From contig CAXHJY010001391.1 of assembly GCA_964016885.1 (NCBI GenBank), positions 1-64,000 on the forward strand: 64,000 nucleotides of DNA, read 5' to 3'. The position numbers and the translations under genes were made by a program. The stretch comes from Eledone cirrhosa. Its lineage: Eukaryota. Shown here piece after piece: positions 57,976 to 64,000 of the stretch. Every line of letters starts with the position of its first letter. The stretch's first letter is position 1. The notes beneath the pieces were generated by a model. The model made no database searches. It saw only the letters and a list, made by a program, of their open reading frames with translations, and was not told the origin of the DNA.

Positions 57976-60391
57976 CAGCTGCCGAGGAGGAGGAGGAGGA
58001 GGAGAAAAGATTTTAATTTAAATCAGAACTGTTTAAAATAAGTGGTTTCGTTTCATGCAGCAGAGGTGGCTTTGGGTGAATTGGTATCAAAAGTGCTAGA
58101 GGGAACAATTATGTATTATATAGCATGAAGTTTATATTGTTAGACTAAATATTTCAGTTTCTGTTCCAGTTCTCAGCATTCTGAGTTCAAATCATGCCAA
58201 GATCAACTCTTTCACAATTTCACTTTTGTTTGATATTCCCAATGAGCAGGAGTTGGAGATTTCATGAATTTGTAAAGCAAATGCTTAAAGTGAAATACCT
58301 GCATGTGAACCACTCAACTAAACAATGAAAATAGCCCTTGTTCTTCTGCACAGCAGACTGAAGTAATGAGAGTCGGTTTAGGGATCCAACACAACACCAA
58401 TGCACTTTCAACTGAAACCTTCACTTCAATTATCCAACCATAATAATACATTTCTCTCTCACTGTGTGCATGTAGACATACATGCAGCTAAGTATTATGT
58501 ATGAGAATAACATTTGTCTAAATTTTGAGATGATACAAATATACAGTAACATGAGGTGATATAAATATACAGTAACATGAGTATATGTGTTCACGTGAAC
58601 CCTTTTGATACCAGCCGGCTCACAACTGGCTCTGGTTCTATGAAACAAAACCACTAAAGAAATCCTATTTAAATTAAAATCCTCAAAATAATTTTAAATA
58701 AGAACCATATATTAAGTTAATATCTTAGTAATGACATAATAAATAAATTTAGCAAATCCCCCAAAATTCTTCATTAATTAATTGAAACAGAGTGTATTTC
58801 ATTAGAGAAATTGTCATGAAAGGGTTAAAGTAGGGCAAATAAAAATAAGAGAATAATAAAATATAGATCAAAATTCAAAAGATAATTTGTATTCATTCAG
58901 GTACCATTAACAGGAAAGATAAACTCAGACTATTCAGTATAAATGTTTAATTAATGAAATTTAATTTTATGTATCATATTCTCACCAGCTACACATTTAA
59001 TATAATATACATTTCATTATTGTTAAACAGTATCATATTGAAAGCTTTATTGCTGAATAGTGAGATAGTATAATATAGAAAATGTACCCATCTCTTCCAC
59101 CTCTTTTGCTTTGCAGTCAACATAACACAGATTTCAGCTGCTTTTTTAAAGCGGCTAATTTGGAAAAGAAATATCACCTATAAGTCAATAAGAGATGTTT
59201 GAAGTAAACTTCAACTGAATAAGGAACATGTGTTTCATTAGTTTGGTGAAATTTTGGTATTACAATCATTTCATATGAAACTCCATTGTAAACATATTTT
59301 GAAGATGAATTTCAAAGATCTATAGCATACATACATAAACTTTTTTTTTCGTGAAGAGAAAATTGGAACAAAAATATTCCAGGTCTTAATGAAGCATCTA
59401 ACTTTGTTTAAAAAAATAAATAAATAACTAATGGAATTTTTAAAAAATGTTCACACACATTTTTCAGTAAGACATTTCTTACTGGAATTTTTTCTCCACA
59501 AAGGACAATAAGTACCTGATTAATCAGAAATTTGGTAAAAAAATTACCACTGGTGAAATTGGGCAAATATATCATTTCACAGACAGAAAAAAATATGAAG
59601 TTTCTGTTGAAACACTTTCTGATGATGTTTCCAAGATCAGAATATATGTTGATTTCTTTTTTTTTTTATTTTGCATTGGAAATGTATCTAAAGCCTTTAT
59701 TAAGCACACTGAAATCTGCGGCAAGGAATTTTAAAGGATTTCTATAGTACATTCAATTTAGATTTATAGAATTAAAAATTTATTATTTGTTGTTTTTTGG
59801 GGGAGTTTTTGCATTTTTTTTGATTTTTCACAGTAAAACAAAATCCTGAAATAGGATTTCATTTTCCAGTCTTTCATTTTATTCTGGATGAAATTTATTT
59901 GCATAGTTTAATAATTCAATAAACAGTTGTATAGTTGTATCAGGTGTTAAGATCTCTGTGATTGGCAAACAAAACAGTTTTTAAGATCTTCGATGAATTC
60001 AACATGTTGAGTATGTTATGTATCACTGTCAGAAATGGTTGCTCTATTCATTTTTTGTAATTGTTATTTTTTCCATTTTTATTTTTCCTCTCTCACATCA
60101 TATTATCTATTTATTTATTAATACATTTAGAGTACTTTCTTCAAGTATATTTTAATCTCTGTTATGAGTGTATCCTACTTTGTTGTTTTGCTGCCTATAT
60201 AGTACACCAAAAAAGGTAAATTTAATAGTAAATAATAATTCAGAATGTCTTTTCAGGAAGCTGGAGGATTTGTCAAGAAACAGAAGATTGAATTAGTCAA
60301 TTTAGCCGATGGTGTGAACAGTTTCAATGTGAAAGGACTACTGCAAAAGAGAAAAATATATTTAGAAAGCAATAACATATAGGAGTTAAAC

Positions 60392-60735
60392 ATCATCATC
60401 ATCATCATCATCATTTTACGTCCGCTTTTCCCTGCTTGCAAGGGTGGGACGGGAACTGATTCTGGCTTGATTTCTACAGCTGGATGCCCTTCCTAACACC
60501 AACCTCATTTACAGTGAGTGCTGGGTGGTTTTTGTCATGGCACCTACACGACCACTTTGCAGTGGAATGATAGGGACTGGGGTCCCTATCATCTCATTTC
60601 TACAGCTGAGTAAACTGGAGCAATGTGAAATAAAGTGTCTTGCTCAAGGAAACAACACATCACCCGGTCTGAGAATTGAACTCACAACCTTTCGATTGCA
60701 AGGCCAATGCTCTAACCATTAAGCCATGTGCCTCC
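60392..60735 (-). mobile_element. Full-length tRNA-derived SINE (family S2)
   Basis: Minus strand GGAGGCACATGGCTTAATGG (A-box)...GAGTTCAATTC (B-box), central TCCTTGAGCAAGACACTT, RTE-like GGAAGGGCATCCAGCTGTAG and a (GAT)n tail. Confidence 0.9.
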
Positions 60736-60954
60736 ATAAACAATGATGAGTTAATAACATACCATATATACTTATGCATAAATCAGTTTAAAACTAAGTG
60801 CAACTGTTCCCTTACAAATATACATTTTGTTAGCACTCTGAATATGGTTGGCTCACGTATACATTCAAACTATTTCTTATTGAGTGAGTAATTCAAGAGC
60901 AGACAGACAGAAAATATTTTTCTTCTCGGCTCGGTAACTATTATATATATATAC

Positions 60955-62418
60955 TGTCTACACAATGGTGCTACTCCGGATCAGTGGAAAACTGCCAGTG
61001 TCATTCCCCTGTTCAAAAAGGGCGACCGCACGTCACCTGTCAACTATCGTCCAGTCAGTCTTACTAGCTGTATTGCCAAACTGATGGAATCCTGTGTCAG
61101 AGAAACACTTTGGAACTTCTGGAGCTCTCACAGCCTCATCCAGCCCTCGCAATTTTGATTTATCCCTAACTCCAGCTGCTGTGATCAGCTTATCGAGTTC
61201 CTTGAAGACATTACCCGGATCACTGACAGCAGCTCATGGGTGGATGTTGTTTACCTTGACTTCTCTAAGGCTTTTAATTCTGTGCCACACAAAAGACTTA
61301 TGGCGAAACTCTCTGCAATGGGTGTGAGGGATGATCTTTTCGACTGGTTGAAACCTTCATTCTCAGCCGAAAAGAGGTAGTCACGGTTCTAGGACAGCAT
61401 TCTTCACGATATGAGATGTCATCTGGTGTACCACAGGGATCTGTTCTTGGTCCCCTTTTGTTTGTTGCATACATTAATGGCATAGATGCCAACATAAAGA
61501 ATGCCACAGTACTGAAATATGCAGATGACATCAAGCTGTACCTTGAAATCAAAAGGACAGATCGTGAAATCTACAACTCTTTCCTACAATCAAACCTGGA
61601 CACAATGCAGCAATGGATCACAGACTGGCAACTGAAGCTAGCTGTGGACAAGTGTACCAACCACCATGCATTTTGGGAGGAAAAATCCAGCGTCCACATA
61701 CTCCCTCCACAACACTGATATCAAGAAGTCCTCTTGTGAACGTGACCTGGGCATTACTGTCAGCAGCGATTTGCATTGTACAAAGCACATCTCTAAAATT
61801 GTCAAGAAGGCCGAGGGTGTCTTGGCATCACTCAACAAGACCTTTGTTAGCCGCTCTCCAGCCATCTATTTAAAGCTGTATACAGCTATGGTACGACCAC
61901 ACTTGGAATTCGCATCATCAGTCTGGAACCCCTATCTTGCTCAGAACATTGACCTCCTGGAAACTGTTCAGAGACGTGCAACCAAGCGCATACCCTCCAT
62001 CAGACACCTACCATACTCTGAACGCCTTGCTTCCCTGGGCATCGATTCATTGAAGCTCCGACGTCTGGCAATGGACTTGGTAAACACCCACAAAGTTATT
62101 AACCATTTCGCCAACAATAACCCTGAGCACCTTTTTGATCTCCATGTGTCTAACACACATGGACATGCCTACAAAGTCAGAAAACAGCACAGCTCCCATG
62201 ACTTTCGGAAACATTTTTTCATGCTATTGCTGAAGCATGGAACAAACTGCCTGCGTCAGTTGTTAGCTGCCGAGACACCTTTAAAACCCTCATGCTTCCC
62301 GAAATTCGCTAAAACTACACCTGATGTCCCCTTTCCATACACATGCACACATGTGTATATAGTTTTTGATGATTTGTAGTGCACCTGAACACTGTACACA
62401 ATATTTTCATTATTATTA
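60955..62418 (+). mobile_element. 5'-truncated CR1-clade LINE
   Basis: WKTASVIPLFKKGD..NYRPVSLTS, GVPQGSVLGPLLF, YADD, VRPHLEFASSVWNPY..VQRRATK; (ATT)n tail. Confidence 0.92.
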
Positions 62419-63750
62419 TCATCATCATCATCAACGTTTAACGTCCGTGTTCCACGCTTGCATGGGTTTGGACGGGGGTAGTCCCACTTGAGGCAAGAGT
62501 GGTTGTCTTGCTCGCATAGGACTGTCTGGCGGGTTTTCTACGGCTGGATGCCCTTCCAACACCAACCACATTTACAGTGTGAAACTGGGAGGTTTTTACC
62601 GTGTTACCTACACGGCCACATTACAGCGTGGACTGTGTGTTTTTTTTGTCGTGACACCTACACGACCTCATTTGTTTCGGGCTGGATGTTGTGGTACCAA
62701 CATAACTTTACATTGAAAGGGGTAGTGAAACGGGGGGTGTATTTTGTTAGAGATGCCTACTGGCTGTAGTAGGTTCTACTATGTATTTAGGTGAGGCGGG
62801 TCTTCTCTGTTACTGAGTACCGCCAAAGGTCTCGGTCCAGTGACATTGTCTTGGAGAGGTGTAAGTGTGTGAGGTCGGAGTTTATCAGCTCGTCCCAGGT
62901 TTTTCTAGGTCTGCCTATTCCGTGGCTACCGTCTATCTTTATTGCCCTGCACTTTGTTATACAGCTATCGACTTTCATGCGCATCACGTGTCCATACCAA
63001 CGTAGCCTTCTCTCGAGTAAACAACATCTGATCCCTCTTATTTCTAATTTTTACTTAGTTCGTTTATGCTTTGCCGTTCACGTATATTACTGTTACACAT
63101 CCAGCGGAGCATGCAAGCTTCGTTCCTCTCTAGTCTGCGTATATCCTCTGCACACAATGCCCAGGTCTCACTGCCATGCAACATTGCTGCTCGTATGCAG
63201 GCATCGTACAACCTGCCTTTCATTTTTAGGGAGAACCCTTTAGCAGCTAATAGTGGTATAAGCTCTCTGAACTTTTTCCAACCAGTTCTGACTCTAGCTA
63301 CTGTACTTTCAGAGCACCCTCCCCCACTGCTGATTTTATCACCCAGGTAACGGAAACTGTCCACTATTTCTATAGAACCCTCTGCGCAATTGAAAGAGCT
63401 AGTATTTTGTGGGCACTTGCTGCTACTTATTGCACCAGAGCACCGGCTACATGTAAAATCTATGTTCTTAGTTAGCTTACCTGTGATCCCACTACATCTT
63501 TTATGCACCCATACTTTGCATTTAGGACATAAAATGGAGTTTCTACCTACGCCTTTCCTACACACCGAGCACAACCATTTCCCAGAAGGGACCGCCGCCT
63601 TATTTTCTTTCCTACAAACTAGAACTTTAGTCTTAGCCAGGTTAATTTTAAGGCCTTTTGATTCTAGGCCGTGCTTCCATGTTTGGAATTTCTTCTCTAG
63701 CTCGGCCATTGATTCCGCTATGAGTGTCAGGTCGTCTGCGTATAGGAGTT
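62419..63750 (-). mobile_element. RTE family A copy, tail-to-tail with the CR1
   Basis: YADD through PHD-like finger, thumb and 3'UTR; its 5' end abuts (TA)n. Confidence 0.92.
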
Positions 63751-64000
63751 ATATATATATATATATATATATCATATACTATATCCATTTATCATAAGAA
63801 GCAACTAAAAAGGTTGACACCAGGAAGGGCATCTAGATGTAAAACATTGTCTCAATGTAAAATAGTGTCTGAATGATGAGTCTGAAGATTTTTATGGGGC
63901 CTGCAAGGTTAACCACTACTTTAGCAGAGAAAATGGCCTTAAAATGCTTGTTGTGTCATGTGTTGAATGTAGTTGTGTACAAGTCCCACCTAAATTTTAC

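Noticed and set aside
60660-60735. tRNA gene
   Set aside because: A and B boxes are present, but they continue into a SINE body and LINE tail, with no clean acceptor stem or terminator.

Overview
AT-rich, intron-containing animal DNA. It is probably a cephalopod (octopus-like) genome; this is an inference from the LINE/SINE and microsatellite content. Two convergent spliced housekeeping genes can be built by hand with GT-AG junctions: TIMM10B on + (exons 30132-30173, 37365-37460, 38367-38540; 103 aa, twin CX3C; largely missed by the ORF track) and EMC7 on - (53963-53799, 47958-47665, 42466-42212; 237 aa). The rest is mostly mobile DNA: a 3.1-kb (TA)n tract, many RTE LINE copies (one family carries a PHD-like finger and sits in TA repeats), a head-to-tail stack of Tx1/L1-clade LINEs bounded by (AAT)n, CR1 and CRE-like fragments, two tRNA-type SINE families (one as a 5-copy tandem array), and two hAT elements sharing one 8-bp target present three times. 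The most striking unannotated signal is a cluster of four predicted type I hammerhead ribozymes in about 2.1 kb (24202-26277). Two of them form a ~296-bp inverted repeat, and the context is Penelope-like. All structures were read by eye; nothing was computed or searched.
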